A stretch of 64,000 nucleotides of DNA from Nitrospirota bacterium (GTDB lineage: Bacteria > Nitrospirota > Nitrospiria > 2-01-FULL-66-17), in contig JBMOMC010000044.1 of assembly GCA_049325335.1 (NCBI GenBank), forward strand, positions 128,001 through 192,000, in the 5' to 3' direction. Below, one piece after another: positions 32,070 to 42,677 of this stretch; position 1 is the first letter of the stretch, and each line of letters opens with the position of its first letter. The notes beneath the pieces are model-generated. The model was not told the origin of the DNA, searched no databases, and saw only the letters and a list, made by a program, of their open reading frames with translations. The translations under genes and the position numbers were made by a program.

Positions 32070-32213
32070 ACGCTGTCCCTAGCTCGGATTGACTCATAGC
32101 ATACCAAGAGAGCCCGCGTTACGGAACCACGACGCGCGCGCCGGTGGACGGAAGAAACTGGAGGAGTCGATGTAGCCCCTAATTTAATTCCGATCGAGCA
32201 AGCGCATATGGCA

Positions 32214-32278
32214 AGCGAACGTAAAAAGCTCAGGAGCGCCGCGCTTTTTGCGGCGTCCCATGGAGCGCCATGTTGGGC
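32214..32278 (-). mobile_element. Integron attC site
   Basis: Minus strand GCCCAAC (R'') ... GGACGCCGC-AAAAA-GCGCGGCGCTCC palindrome ... GTTCGCT (R'), 65 bp, just after a stop codon. Confidence 0.8.
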
Positions 32279-32287
32279 ACCCCTGAA

Positions 32288-32602
32288 CTAAAAGCCGTAC
32301 TCGCGCTCCACTCGACAAACGCGAACTCGAAACGCCTTATACCAGTCTTTCGCTCGGCGCTGAGCTTGCCGATGAGCGATATTTTCTTTCCATGCTTCTA
32401 TTGCATCCAGCGAGGACCAGTAGGAGACCGAAATTCCGATTTCCTGCCTTGCGGTCTCGAACCCCAGAAAGCCGGGCTGTCTTGATGCAAGCTCCAGCAT
32501 TTGTTTTGCCATTTCACCATAACCGTTATCGCCATCAGTTCGGACGGAGGTAAAGATAACGCCATAGTACGGAGGTTGTGGTGTTGTTGCTGGTGCTGGC
32601 AT
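32288..32602 (-). CDS. ABM-family protein carried on an integron cassette
   Basis: PPYYGVIFTS, QPGFLGFE, SVSYW, YRVRVC-like end; visibly AT-richer than its neighbours. Confidence 0.88.
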   Translation of the reverse strand: MPAPATTPQPPYYGVIFTSVRTDGDNGYGEMAKQMLELASRQPGFLGFETARQEIGISVSYWSSLDAIEAWKENIAHRQAQRRAKDWYKAFRVRVCRVEREYGF

Positions 32603-32618
32603 TTACGTTCCTTTTTGT

Positions 32619-32640
32619 GCCCAACTACAATTAGACATCC
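32619..32640 (-). mobile_element. Cassette entry core site / attI-like site
   Basis: GTCTAAT-TGTA-GTTGGGC; GTTGGGCAC is the exact complement of the attC R'' GTGCCCAAC. Confidence 0.65.
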
Positions 32641-32994
32641 TAATGATTTCGACAAACCAAGCGCATACCGCTTCCTAACCGCCCCCGAAGGCATGTGACA
32701 AAATTACTGATTCTCTTCTAAATTACATGAGGTTATGACATTAACCTCTATCAATCAATGAATAATGAATGCTGTTATGACGCATCTCACGCTTCCTAAC
32801 ATGCCGCGATCCATAACTTCCATTTCCTGGCAGTGTGTCTCGCCATCCCGCCGGATCGGGAGGCGCTTCGTGACTCTCGACGCTATGGGACGCGCCGGGG
32901 GTGATCGGACCGATCCATATTTAGCGGCACAATATCTTACTCAACTGCCTCGGTCAAGACCGCGCGAGACTGAACCTGTCCTGAGTCCCTCTGC

Positions 32995-33022
32995 CGTCAT
33001 TCCCACGAAGGCGGGAATGACG
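32995..33022. repeat. ATTCCC-N8-GGGAAT (dRS3-like) palindrome
   Basis: CGTCATTCCC-ACGAAGGC-GGGAATGACG downstream of hrpB; related copy at 45471. Confidence 0.7.
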
Positions 33023-33050
33023 AGATGAGATACCACCGTATTGATACGAC

Positions 33051-35576
33051 CTACTTCTTCGGTGCAGTTCGTTTCGTGCGTGCGGTCGGTACGGCGTTCC
33101 AGGGGTCGTCGGGCCAGGGGTGTTTGGGGTAGCGGGACTTGAGTTCTTTCTTCACCTCGGGGTAGGTGCGGTCCCAGAAGCCGCGTAGGTCTTGTGTGAC
33201 TTGGATGGGGCGGCGCGCGGGCGAGAGCAGATGCAAGGTGACCGGGACGCGGCCCCAGGCCACGCGCGGCGTGTCGGCGAGGCCGAACATTTCCTGAAGT
33301 TTCACGGCCAACACCGGGGATTCGTTGGGGCGGTACTCCAGGCGCACGCGCGATCCGCTGGGGACTGTCAGATGCGTGGGCGCGCCTTCACCCAACTTTT
33401 GTCGCTGTTTCCAGTCCAGGCGCGTATTTAGCGCGGCCAACATGTCGATGCGATCGAGCTGTTCTCGCCGCGTGATCTTGTCGAGAAATGGCCCCAGCCA
33501 GTCGCTCAGAGTCTCTTGCAGCGCGGCGTCGGACACGTCGGGCCAGGCCTCCTCTGGCAACCACTGACGCAATGAGAGCACGCGCGCTTGCCACTCACGC
33601 GCCTCAACTGTCCATGGCAATGCGTCGAGGCCGAGTCCGCGGATTCCATCGAGCATGGCCGCGCGCACACTCTCTGGGTCCGGTTCATTCAACTGCACGC
33701 TCTCGATCACCAATTCACCGAGTCGCTGCTCGCGCCGCGCGACCACGCGTTGAAGCGCATGGTCCCATTGCACCAGTTCCTGGGTTTGGAACTGATCCGG
33801 CATGGTGGATTGCAGCGCATCGAGGTCCACGCTTACGGCCAGGTAGATCGTGCCCTCGGCTTCACCCGCGTCCAGACTCACCGCCACCAGCCACGGCGGG
33901 CGCAGTCGGTGCTCGGACGCTGGCAGGCGCGCGGCGCGGCCCGATGCCAAGACGTATCGGATATCTCCCGGCGCGCGCTGCTTCGCGACCCGATCCGGGT
34001 AAGCCAACGCGAGCAAGGTCCCGACCCACTCCGGATCGGGCTGAGCGTTCGACGTCGCTTTCCGCAGCAACCGGCGGTATTGCTTCGCCGCTTGGTCCAC
34101 GCGCGCGCAGGCATCGCGGTCCACCCGGATCGACTCGTCTCCCCGATGCCCGCGCCCACGGAACGCCCGCAACGCATCCAGCCGTTCCAATAGATCACAT
34201 GACCGCGCGGTCTGCCCCATAAAGATGTCGCGCTCCGACACCAAGGCCGCAAGGTCGCACGCCAAGGCGCCCAGGCCCTGCCCGTCTGCGCGCGCGATCA
34301 TGTGCGCCAAGCGCGGATGCACCGGCAACGCCGCCATGGCGCGGCCGGACGGTGTAATCGCACCATGTGAATCCAACGCGCCGAGTTGGGTCAGCAACCC
34401 GCGGGCCTGGGCCAAGGCCGCGGCCGGAGGCGGATCGAGCCACGCCAGCGTGTCGGCGTTGCGCGCGCCCCACTGCGCCAACTCCAGGGCCAATGGCGCC
34501 AGGTCGGCGGCGCGGATCTCGGGAATCGGTCGCGCGGTCAAGCCGCGCTGCGTCAACTCGGTCCAGAGCCGCTCGCACGCGCCGGGCCCCAATCGGCCCG
34601 CGCGGCCCGCGCGCTGCTCGGCCGACGCGCGGGAGATGCGCCGGGTGGTCAGGCGCGTAAGCCCGGTGCCGGGATCGAACTCCGGTACGCGCACGAACCC
34701 GGAATCGATCACGATGCCGATGCCTTCGATCGTAATGCTGGTTTCCGCGATGGGCGTGGCCAGGATGACTCTCCGCCTCGCGCGATCGCCGGGCTTGATC
34801 GCCCGATCCTGCGCGTCCCAGGGCAGATCGCCGTATAACGGATACACGTCCACGGCCCGCCCCTGTAACAACGGTTCCAGCAGGTGTTGGGTGCGACGAA
34901 TTTCCCACGCACCCGGCAAGAACACCAGCGCGTCGCCCGCCTCATGGTCCAGCGCGTGGACCACGGCGCGCGCCACGCTGTCCGGCAACCGCTCACCCGC
35001 ATCCATCGCCGCGTACCGCACGTCCACCGGGAACTGCCGCCCGGACGCGCTGAGCACCGGCGCCTGGCCAAGCAGCGCGGCCACGGCCTCGCCGTCCAGC
35101 GTGGCGGACATGACCAGCAATTTGAGATCCTCCCGCAACGCGCGCTGACTATCCAGACATAAGGCCAGCGCCAGATCCCCGTGCAGATGGCGCTCGTGGA
35201 ACTCATCGAAGATCACCAACCCCACGCCCTCCAACCCAGGGTCGGATTGCAGCCGTCGCGTGAGGATGCCCTCGGTCAACACTTCAATGCGCGTCTTCGC
35301 GGATACCTTGGCGTCGAACCGGATGCGGTACCCCACGGTCTCGCCCACCGACTCGCCCAAGATCTCGGCCATTCGTGCCGCGGCCGCACGCGCGGCCAGG
35401 CGGCGGGGCTCCAACATGAGGATCGCGCGCTTCTTCAACCACGGCTCGTCCAGCAGGGCCAGTGGGACAAGAGTCGTCTTCCCGGCGCCGGGCGGCGCCT
35501 GCAGCACCACGGACGATTGCGCACGCAGCGCGTCGCGTAATGCGGGGACAATTGCTTCGATGGGCAACGTGGGCAT
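33051..35576 (-). CDS. hrpB: ATP-dependent RNA helicase HrpB
   Basis: APPGAGKTT, DEFHER, MSAT, QRAGRAGR, LLSPARRPIQVTQDL, YPKHPWP. Confidence 0.97.
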   Translation of the reverse strand: MPTLPIEAIVPALRDALRAQSSVVLQAPPGAGKTTLVPLALLDEPWLKKRAILMLEPRRLAARAAAARMAEILGESVGETVGYRIRFDAKVSAKTRIEVLTEGILTRRLQSDPGLEGVGLVIFDEFHERHLHGDLALALCLDSQRALREDLKLLVMSATLDGEAVAALLGQAPVLSASGRQFPVDVRYAAMDAGERLPDSVARAVVHALDHEAGDALVFLPGAWEIRRTQHLLEPLLQGRAVDVYPLYGDLPWDAQDRAIKPGDRARRRVILATPIAETSITIEGIGIVIDSGFVRVPEFDPGTGLTRLTTRRISRASAEQRAGRAGRLGPGACERLWTELTQRGLTARPIPEIRAADLAPLALELAQWGARNADTLAWLDPPPAAALAQARGLLTQLGALDSHGAITPSGRAMAALPVHPRLAHMIARADGQGLGALACDLAALVSERDIFMGQTARSCDLLERLDALRAFRGRGHRGDESIRVDRDACARVDQAAKQYRRLLRKATSNAQPDPEWVGTLLALAYPDRVAKQRAPGDIRYVLASGRAARLPASEHRLRPPWLVAVSLDAGEAEGTIYLAVSVDLDALQSTMPDQFQTQELVQWDHALQRVVARREQRLGELVIESVQLNEPDPESVRAAMLDGIRGLGLDALPWTVEAREWQARVLSLRQWLPEEAWPDVSDAALQETLSDWLGPFLDKITRREQLDRIDMLAALNTRLDWKQRQKLGEGAPTHLTVPSGSRVRLEYRPNESPVLAVKLQEMFGLADTPRVAWGRVPVTLHLLSPARRPIQVTQDLRGFWDRTYPEVKKELKSRYPKHPWPDDPWNAVPTARTKRTAPKK

Positions 35577-35729
35577 CCGGCGTCCGTCGATTCTGAGACC
35601 GAGCTCAATGTGGCCCGTACTATACCGCCATTCGCCGGATCCGGGACAGCATGTCCGCCGTCGCTCCGCTGGCGGTTTGCCCCTCGCTCGGTGTATCCTT
35701 CACCTACACACGTGTTGTCGGAGATGTTG

Positions 35730-35966
35730 ATGAGCACTGAGCCGAAAAAACCCGAACGGGACACAAACGCCGCGGAGCCGGCCCACGAGTTACCCCTCGC
35801 GCCGACGCCGACCGAACAGGCGGCCAAGCCCGCCGCGCCGTCTACCGATGCGGACCCGCTTCAGCGCTGGCGCGAAGCCCGCGAACTCGAAGACGAGATG
35901 AACGAGATGTTCGACGAAGACCGGGTGACGCACAAACACGGAAACGCGGAACCGGAGTCGGATTAA
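35730..35966 (+). CDS. Small acidic, probably disordered hypothetical protein
   Basis: RBS GGAG before the ATG; Pro/Ala/Glu-rich; fills the gap before the ChaN gene. Confidence 0.5.
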   Translation: MSTEPKKPERDTNAAEPAHELPLAPTPTEQAAKPAAPSTDADPLQRWREARELEDEMNEMFDEDRVTHKHGNAEPESD

Positions 35967-36023
35967 CCGTGCTTGCCGTCCACGACCGCACGTCACGTCC
36001 CGCGTCCGCCGTCGCTCCATAAC

Positions 36024-37286
36024 ATGATCCGTTTGTCGCGCCGCGCGCGCCGTCGCGTCCCATACGTTCTGTTCTGCGCCGCGATCGGGCTGTCCTCCTG
36101 CGCAACCCCGGGAGTGCGGCCCGCGGCGACCGCGCCCCCGCCGCGGGAAGCGATGCCGAGCGGATCGGCCGAATCGCCGTATCGGCCGCTAGAGGGCTTG
36201 CCGGAAGGCACGATTTTCCACGTGCCTTCCGGCGTCGAGCTGACCCGAGACCAACTCTTCGACCTTGTGAGCGCCGCCCGCGTGATCTACGTGGGCGAGT
36301 CGCACGACAACGTCCGACATCACCGCGTCCAGCTGGACATTCTGCGCACGCTGGCGGAGCGATATCCCGGACAAGTGGCGCTGGGCATGGAAATGTTCCA
36401 ACGTCCATCGCAAGCGTCGCTCGATCAGTGGACCCGCGGGGAACTGTCCGACAAGGACTTCGAATCGCTCTGGTACGAGAACTGGACCGAGGATTACGCG
36501 TATTACCGCGAAATCCTCGAATTCGTCCGCGACCGCCACGTTCCCCTGATCGCGCTCAACGTCGCCGAACGCACGGTCCACGCGCTCTCAAACGCAGGGC
36601 CCGACGCGCTCTCGCCCGAGGAGCGCGCCGCCCTACCGGAGATCGACACCCATGATCCGTACCACCGGCAACAGATGGAGGCAGTGTTCGGGGGACACGT
36701 GAAAGGCTCGGGGTTCGATCCGTTTTATCGCACCATGTTGTTGTGGGACGAAACCATGGCGCAGTCGGTCGCCGACTACCTGACCAGCCCGGCCGGCCGC
36801 GACAAACGCCTGGTAGTCTTGGCCGGCGGCGGACACATTGCGTACGGGTTCGGCATTCCACGGCGCGCGTTTCGCCGCGCGCCCCTGCCGTATGTCACGG
36901 TCATCCCCCACACCGACACGGCCGCGGCGCCTGCGGAGCGTCCCGAAATGGTGATGCCGGTGGAGCCGGTGTCGGTCCCGCTGCCGCTCGCAGACATCGT
37001 GTGGGCCGTGGGGTATGAAGACCTGCCCGCGCCGAGCGTCCGGCTCGGGATTCGGGTGGACGCCGCGGAATCGGGCGTGACGATCACGAGCGTGGCGCCG
37101 GAGTCGGCAGCCGCGCGCGCGGGGTTGCAGGAGGACGACGTGATCGTGTCGTTCGACGGCGAACCGGTCAAAAAACCCGCGGACGTGGTCCGGCTGGTGC
37201 GCCGCAAGTCCCCGGGGGATCAGGCCCGCGTCGCGATCACCCGAGGCACCGATGCGATGACGCTGGACGTATCGTGGCCGAAATGA
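36024..37286 (+). CDS. ChaN-family lipoprotein with a C-terminal PDZ domain
   Basis: Lipobox LSSC, YVGESHD, LGMEMFQ, WDETMA, AGGGH; RLGI...SAAARAGLQEDDVIV PDZ. Confidence 0.88.
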   Translation: MIRLSRRARRRVPYVLFCAAIGLSSCATPGVRPAATAPPPREAMPSGSAESPYRPLEGLPEGTIFHVPSGVELTRDQLFDLVSAARVIYVGESHDNVRHHRVQLDILRTLAERYPGQVALGMEMFQRPSQASLDQWTRGELSDKDFESLWYENWTEDYAYYREILEFVRDRHVPLIALNVAERTVHALSNAGPDALSPEERAALPEIDTHDPYHRQQMEAVFGGHVKGSGFDPFYRTMLLWDETMAQSVADYLTSPAGRDKRLVVLAGGGHIAYGFGIPRRAFRRAPLPYVTVIPHTDTAAAPAERPEMVMPVEPVSVPLPLADIVWAVGYEDLPAPSVRLGIRVDAAESGVTITSVAPESAAARAGLQEDDVIVSFDGEPVKKPADVVRLVRRKSPGDQARVAITRGTDAMTLDVSWPK

Positions 37287-38140
37287 CCGGCCGTCCGCCG
37301 TCGACCGAGCGGACCGACGTCGCGCCCGGCGCGCCGTTATACGTCTTTCTGGTCTCCGATGCCACCGGAGAGACCGCGGCCCACATCGCGGAGGCCGCGT
37401 TGTCGCAGTTCGAACGTCGCGACGTGGTGTTCATCCGCCGTCCCCACGTGCGCAGCGAGGAACACATCCGGCAAGTCGTCCGGGAAGCCCGATCCGTGCA
37501 CGGCACCATTCTCTATACGCTCGTCTCCTCCACCACGCGCGCCCGCCTGGTGGAGGCGACTCGGCTGGGCGGCGTGCCCGCGCTGGACTTGATCGGACCG
37601 CTCCTCACCCACTTGGAGGCGTTTTTCGGTTCGCGCCCAAAAGCCGAACCCGGACTCTTACACCGTATGGACGAGGAGTACGTCAAACGCATCGAAGCCG
37701 TGCAGTTCACGGTGCATCACGACGACGGCCAGAACGTGCCGACCCTCCATCAGAGCGACATTGTCCTGGTCGGCGTGTCCCGAACCGGCAAGACCCCGCT
37801 CTCCATGTACATGGCGCAATACGGGCTGAAGGTCGCCAACGTGCCGATCGTGTTCGGGGTCCCGCCGCCCAAGGAACTGTTGGCCATGGACCCGACCAAG
37901 GTCGTGGGGCTGACCGTGTCGCCGGACAAGTTGCTCACCGTGCGCGCGGCGCGAGCCAGAAAATTCGGACACGTGGACATGGCCTACGCCACCAACGACG
38001 GCATCGCGCAGGAACTGGAATACTGCCGCTCGTTGTTCACCGCGCACCGAGGGTGGCGCATTTTGGACGTGACCACGCGCGCGGTCGAAGAGATCGCCGC
38101 GGACATCATGAGCGCGTTGCCCGCCCCCCGATCGGCGTAA
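37283..38140 (+). CDS. PPDK/PEP synthase regulatory kinase-pyrophosphorylase (DUF299)
   Basis: VSDATGETA, HDDG, GVSRTGKTPLS, AVEEIA. Confidence 0.93.
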   Translation: MTGRPPSTERTDVAPGAPLYVFLVSDATGETAAHIAEAALSQFERRDVVFIRRPHVRSEEHIRQVVREARSVHGTILYTLVSSTTRARLVEATRLGGVPALDLIGPLLTHLEAFFGSRPKAEPGLLHRMDEEYVKRIEAVQFTVHHDDGQNVPTLHQSDIVLVGVSRTGKTPLSMYMAQYGLKVANVPIVFGVPPPKELLAMDPTKVVGLTVSPDKLLTVRAARARKFGHVDMAYATNDGIAQELEYCRSLFTAHRGWRILDVTTRAVEEIAADIMSALPAPRSA

Positions 38141-38159
38141 ATCGTCCGGCTGTACCCGA

Positions 38160-38189
38160 TTGACAAGTCAGCGAGCCCTTTCCTACAAT
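38160..38189 (+). promoter_or_regulatory. acs promoter
   Basis: TTGACA, 18 bp spacer, TACAAT. Confidence 0.8.
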
Positions 38190-38276
38190 GCTCGCCTCAA
38201 CGCTCCGCCCGCACGATCCGCGCGGGTCGCACTATCAGCGCCTCGCGAAGGCCGTTGACCTCGAAGGAGACTCCGT

Positions 38277-40226
38277 ATGTCCCAACCCGAAATCGAGTCC
38301 GTTCTGACCGAACGGCGCGTGTTCAAACCCAAAGCCGCGTTCAGCCGCGCCGCGCACATCAAGAACCTCAAGGAGTACGACAAGCTCGCCAAACTGGCGC
38401 AGAAGAACCCGGAAAAGTTCTGGAGCGACCTGGCCAAGGAACTGTACTGGTTCAAGCGGTGGAAAAAAGTGTTGGAGTGGAAGCCCCCGTTCGCCAAGTG
38501 GTTCATCGGGGGTCAGACCAATGTGTCCGTCAATTGCCTGGACCGTCACCTGCACACGTGGCGCCGCAACAAGGCCGCGATCATTTGGGAGGGCGAGCCC
38601 GGCGACACGCGCACGCTCACCTATCAGGATCTGCACCGTGAGGTATGCCGCTTCGCGGCCGTGCTCAAACAATTAGGCGCGGAAAAAGGCGACCGGGTCG
38701 CGATCTATATGCCCATGATCCCGGAACTGCCCATCGCCATGCTCGCGTGCGCTCGGATCGGCGCCACGCATAGCGTGGTGTTCGGCGGGTTCTCCGCGGA
38801 GGCGCTCAAAGACCGCATCAACGACGCCCAGGCCAAACTCGTGATCACGGCAGACGGCGGCTACCGCAAAGGCGCGGTGGTGGCGCTCAAAGAACAGGTG
38901 GACCGCGCGATCGAGTCTTGCCCGTCCGTGACCAAGGTCGTGGTCTGCCGCCGCACCGGAACGGCCGTGACCATGAAACCGGAACGCGACGTGTGGTGGC
39001 ACGACGTCATACGGGACGCGCCGCTGCGCTGCGAGCCTGAACCTCTCGATTCGGAACATCCCCTGTTCATCCTGTACACCAGCGGCACCACCGGCAAACC
39101 CAAGGGCATCGTCCACACCACCGCGGGGTATTTGCTCGGCGCGGCCATCACCACCAAGTGGGTGTTCGACCTCAAGGACGACGATACGTACTGGTGCACC
39201 GCGGACATCGGGTGGGTCACGGGCCACAGTTACATCGTGTACGGGCCGCTCGCCAACGGTGCCACCGTGGTGATGTACGAGGGCGCGCCCACCCATCCCC
39301 AACCCGACCGGCTGTGGGAGATCGTGGACAAATACCGCGTCACCGTGTTCTACACCGCGCCCACCGCGATCCGCGCGTTGCTCAAACTGGGGGATGAGTG
39401 GCCCAAGCGCCACGAACTCAAGAGCCTACGGCTGCTGGGCACCGTGGGTGAGCCCATCAACCCCGAGGCGTGGATGTGGTACTACGAGGTCATCGGCAAG
39501 AGCCGCTGCCCGATCGTGGACACCTGGTGGCAAACCGAGACCGGGTCGATCATGATCACCCCGCTGCCCGGCGCCACCCCCACCAAACCCGGATCCGCCA
39601 CCAGGCCGTTTCCCGGCATTGCGGCCGAAGTGGTGTCCAAGGACGGCCGGCCCACCAAGCCCAATGAAGGCGGGTATCTGGTCATCACCAAACCGTGGCC
39701 CTCGATGCTGCGCACAATCTACGGCGACCCGGAACGCTTCAAGAAACAATATTGGAGCGAAATTCCCGGCGTGTATTTCACGGGTGACGGCGCGCGGCGC
39801 GATAAAGACGGCTACTTTTGGGTCATGGGACGCGTAGATGATGTGATCAACGTCGCGGGCCACCGACTGGGCACCATGGAAATCGAGAGTGCCTTGGTCA
39901 GCCACGAGGCCGTGGCCGAAGCCGCGGTGGTCGGCCGACCCGACGAGATCAAAGGCACCGGCATCTGCGCGTTCGTGACGTTGGAGCACACGCACCACCC
40001 GTCCGAGGAGCTTCGTTCCGCCTTGCGCGCCCACGTAGTCAAGGAGATCGGAGCGTTGGCCCGGCCCGACGAGATCCGGTTCACGGATAACCTCCCCAAG
40101 ACCAGAAGCGGCAAGATCATGCGGCGGCTGTTGCGGGACATCGCATCGGGCAAGGAAACCATCGGTGACGTGACGACGTTGGAAGACCTCGCGGTGCTCG
40201 CGAAACTCAGACAGGACGAGGAGTAG
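38277..40226 (+). CDS. acs: Acetyl-CoA synthetase
   Basis: [46 protein letters not shown]. Confidence 0.97.
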   Translation: MSQPEIESVLTERRVFKPKAAFSRAAHIKNLKEYDKLAKLAQKNPEKFWSDLAKELYWFKRWKKVLEWKPPFAKWFIGGQTNVSVNCLDRHLHTWRRNKAAIIWEGEPGDTRTLTYQDLHREVCRFAAVLKQLGAEKGDRVAIYMPMIPELPIAMLACARIGATHSVVFGGFSAEALKDRINDAQAKLVITADGGYRKGAVVALKEQVDRAIESCPSVTKVVVCRRTGTAVTMKPERDVWWHDVIRDAPLRCEPEPLDSEHPLFILYTSGTTGKPKGIVHTTAGYLLGAAITTKWVFDLKDDDTYWCTADIGWVTGHSYIVYGPLANGATVVMYEGAPTHPQPDRLWEIVDKYRVTVFYTAPTAIRALLKLGDEWPKRHELKSLRLLGTVGEPINPEAWMWYYEVIGKSRCPIVDTWWQTETGSIMITPLPGATPTKPGSATRPFPGIAAEVVSKDGRPTKPNEGGYLVITKPWPSMLRTIYGDPERFKKQYWSEIPGVYFTGDGARRDKDGYFWVMGRVDDVINVAGHRLGTMEIESALVSHEAVAEAAVVGRPDEIKGTGICAFVTLEHTHHPSEELRSALRAHVVKEIGALARPDEIRFTDNLPKTRSGKIMRRLLRDIASGKETIGDVTTLEDLAVLAKLRQDEE

Positions 40227-40326
40227 CGAGACGACCGACGGGGCGAGCGGGCAAATGGGAGAGCGGGGGGAAACTGATCGAGAACTTCTCACCCCCTCAC
40301 CCCATCGCCCCCGCTCCCCTCGTCTC
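40227..40326. repeat. Octamer-periodic long inverted repeat
   Basis: GAGCGGGC/AAATGGGA/GAGCGGGG units followed by a complementary C-rich arm, directly after the acs stop. Confidence 0.55.
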
Positions 40327-40369
40327 TGCATTGATTCCCCGCGCTTTGATTGATTATGATGATTGAACC

Positions 40370-42076
40370 ATGAAGATCGCGATCGGTAGCGACCACGCGG
40401 GCGTTGGTCTCAAGGACCGTATCGGCGCCCTGTTGGCCGAGCGAGGCCAATCCGTCGAAGACCTGGGAACCAACGGCAACGAGCCGGTTGACTACCCGGT
40501 GTATGGCGCCAGGGTGGCCGAGGCCGTGTCCACGGGGGCAGTCGAGCGCGGCATTTTGGTGTGCGGGTCTGGCGTGGGCATGTCCATTGTCGCGAATAAG
40601 TTTCCCGGCGTGCGTGCCGCGTTGTGCACGGATCCACAGGTGGCCCGAACCAGCCGCGCGCACAACGACGCGAACGTCCTGGTGCTCGGCGAGCGCGTCC
40701 TCGATATGGACACCAGCTTGGCCATCGTGAACGCATGGCTTGACACGCCGTTCGACGGCGGTCGGCACGCCAGGCGACTGCAAAAAATCGAAGAGCTCGA
40801 ACGTCGGTTCCACCCTCGTCCCGAAAGAGCCGCTATGTCCGCGTTGCGAACCGTTGACCCCGATATTTACGAGGCGATCAAATCCGAAGCCCAGCGCGAG
40901 GAGGACAAGATCATCCTCATTGCGTCGGAAAATTACGTCAGCCCCGCGGTGATGGAAGCGCAAGGGTCGGTGCTGACCAATAAGTACGCCGAAGGGTATC
41001 CGTCCAAACGGTACTACGGCGGGTGCGAGTTCGTGGACCGCGCGGAAGCGCTCGCGATCGAACGCGCCAAGGCCGTGTTCGGCGCGGAGCACGCCAACGT
41101 CCAGCCCCACTCCGGGTCCCAGGCCAACATGGCGGTGTACCTGGCCATGCTCAAACCCGGCGACACGGTCATGGGCATGAGCCTTGCGCACGGCGGGCAT
41201 TTGACCCACGGCAGCCCGGTGAATTTCTCCGGCCTGCTGTTCCGCATCGTCTCGTACGGGGTGAACAAGGACACCGGATTGATCGACAACGACGAGGTGG
41301 AACGCGTGGCGATGGAGCACCGCCCCAAGATGATCATCGTGGGCGGCAGCGCCTACGCGCGCATCCCCGACTTTAAGCGCTTTCGCGCCACCGCGGACAA
41401 AGTCGGCGCGTTGCTCATGGCGGACATCGCACACCCGGCGGGACTCATCGCCGCGGGCCTGCACCCCAGCCCGGTCCCGTACGCGGATTTCGTCACCACC
41501 ACCACCCACAAGACCTTGCGCGGCCCGCGCGGCGGCATGGTCATGTGCAAGGCCGTGCACGCCAAAGCTATCGACAAGGTCCTGTTCCCCGGCATCCAGG
41601 GCGGACCGTTGATGCACGTGATCGCGGCAAAAGCCGTGGCGCTCAAGGAGGCGATGTCGGAGGATTTCATCACCTACCAACGCCGCACGTTGGAGAACGC
41701 GCGCGCATTGGCGTCCGGACTCACGGCTCGCGGATACCAACTGGTCACCGGCGGCACCGACACGCACCTCTTCCTCGTGGACCTGCGCTCCAAGGGCGTG
41801 ACCGGCAAGGACGCGGAAGCAGCGCTCGATGCCGCGGGCATCACGCTGAACAAGAACGCGGTCCCGTTCGACGACAAACCGCCGGCCGTCACCAGCGGCA
41901 TCCGCATCGGTTCCCCCAGCGTGACCAGCCGCGGCATGGGCGTGGCGGAGATGGAACAGATCGCGACCATGATCGACCGTGTTCTGACCAAGGGCTCGGA
42001 GCCGTCCGTAATCGAGGACACTGCGGCCAGCGTGAAGAAGCTGTGCGAGCGGTTCCCCGTCTATAAAAGACACTGA
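40370..42076 (+). CDS. rpiB-glyA: RpiB-serine hydroxymethyltransferase in-frame fusion
   Basis: [30 protein letters not shown]; then [27 protein letters not shown] with no intervening stop. Confidence 0.93.
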   Translation: MKIAIGSDHAGVGLKDRIGALLAERGQSVEDLGTNGNEPVDYPVYGARVAEAVSTGAVERGILVCGSGVGMSIVANKFPGVRAALCTDPQVARTSRAHNDANVLVLGERVLDMDTSLAIVNAWLDTPFDGGRHARRLQKIEELERRFHPRPERAAMSALRTVDPDIYEAIKSEAQREEDKIILIASENYVSPAVMEAQGSVLTNKYAEGYPSKRYYGGCEFVDRAEALAIERAKAVFGAEHANVQPHSGSQANMAVYLAMLKPGDTVMGMSLAHGGHLTHGSPVNFSGLLFRIVSYGVNKDTGLIDNDEVERVAMEHRPKMIIVGGSAYARIPDFKRFRATADKVGALLMADIAHPAGLIAAGLHPSPVPYADFVTTTTHKTLRGPRGGMVMCKAVHAKAIDKVLFPGIQGGPLMHVIAAKAVALKEAMSEDFITYQRRTLENARALASGLTARGYQLVTGGTDTHLFLVDLRSKGVTGKDAEAALDAAGITLNKNAVPFDDKPPAVTSGIRIGSPSVTSRGMGVAEMEQIATMIDRVLTKGSEPSVIEDTAASVKKLCERFPVYKRH

Positions 42077-42079
42077 CAG

Positions 42080-42190
42080 TCGGGCGAGCCGGTGAACCGG
42101 TGAAGCGGCGCCGTAACGAATTTCGCAGAAGTGTTTCTCCGGCTCCCCGGCTCCTCTATTCCCCGGTTCGTCTTTTCACGGTTCACCCTC
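42080..42190. repeat. Octamer-periodic long inverted repeat
   Basis: GAGCCGGT/GAACCGGT/GAAGCGGC ... TCCGGCTC/CCCGGCTC/CCCGGTTC. Confidence 0.55.
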
Positions 42191-42194
42191 ACTG

Positions 42195-42677
42195 ATGCGA
42201 TGTCCCTTTTGCGCCGAGCAAGAAGACCGTGTGGTGGATTCGCGCGTCAACCGCGATGGTTTGATGATCCGGCGTCGACGCGAATGCCTGGGGTGCCAGC
42301 GGCGGTACACGACGTACGAACGGGTCGAGGAAATTCTCCCGGCGGTGGTGAAAAAGGACGGACGGCGCGAGCCGTTCGATCGCGGGAAAATCATCCAGGG
42401 GCTGAAGAAGGCGTGCGAGAAACGTCCGGTCCCGGTCGCGGTGCTCGAAGACATCGCGGATCGCGTGGAAAAACGGGTGCAGGAAATGGGCGACGCCGAA
42501 GTCTCCAGCCGGGTCATCGGTGAGGAAGTGATGACGCAACTTCACCACGTGGACCAAGTGGCCTACGTCCGGTTCGCGTCGGTGTATCGCGAGTTCAAGG
42601 ACGTGACCCAATTTCTCGACGAGTTGACCACCCTGCTCAAACACGAACGCCGTCCCGACGAGAAGCCCGCCCCATGA
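42195..42677 (+). CDS. nrdR: Transcriptional repressor NrdR
   Basis: MRCPFC, RRRREC..C, ATP cone, [13 protein letters not shown]. Confidence 0.97.
   Translation: MRCPFCAEQEDRVVDSRVNRDGLMIRRRRECLGCQRRYTTYERVEEILPAVVKKDGRREPFDRGKIIQGLKKACEKRPVPVAVLEDIADRVEKRVQEMGDAEVSSRVIGEEVMTQLHHVDQVAYVRFASVYREFKDVTQFLDELTTLLKHERRPDEKPAP

Noticed and set aside
32765..33028. 87-aa plus-strand ORF as an intI remnant
   Set aside because: No recombinase motifs; it runs through AT-rich regulatory-like DNA and a repeat.
40289..42073. 594-aa minus-strand ORF, and similar long ORFs at 11923-13437, 15006-16640, 48070-49239 and 50094-51386
   Set aside because: Antisense shadows of well-supported genes, typical of GC-rich codon usage; no motifs.
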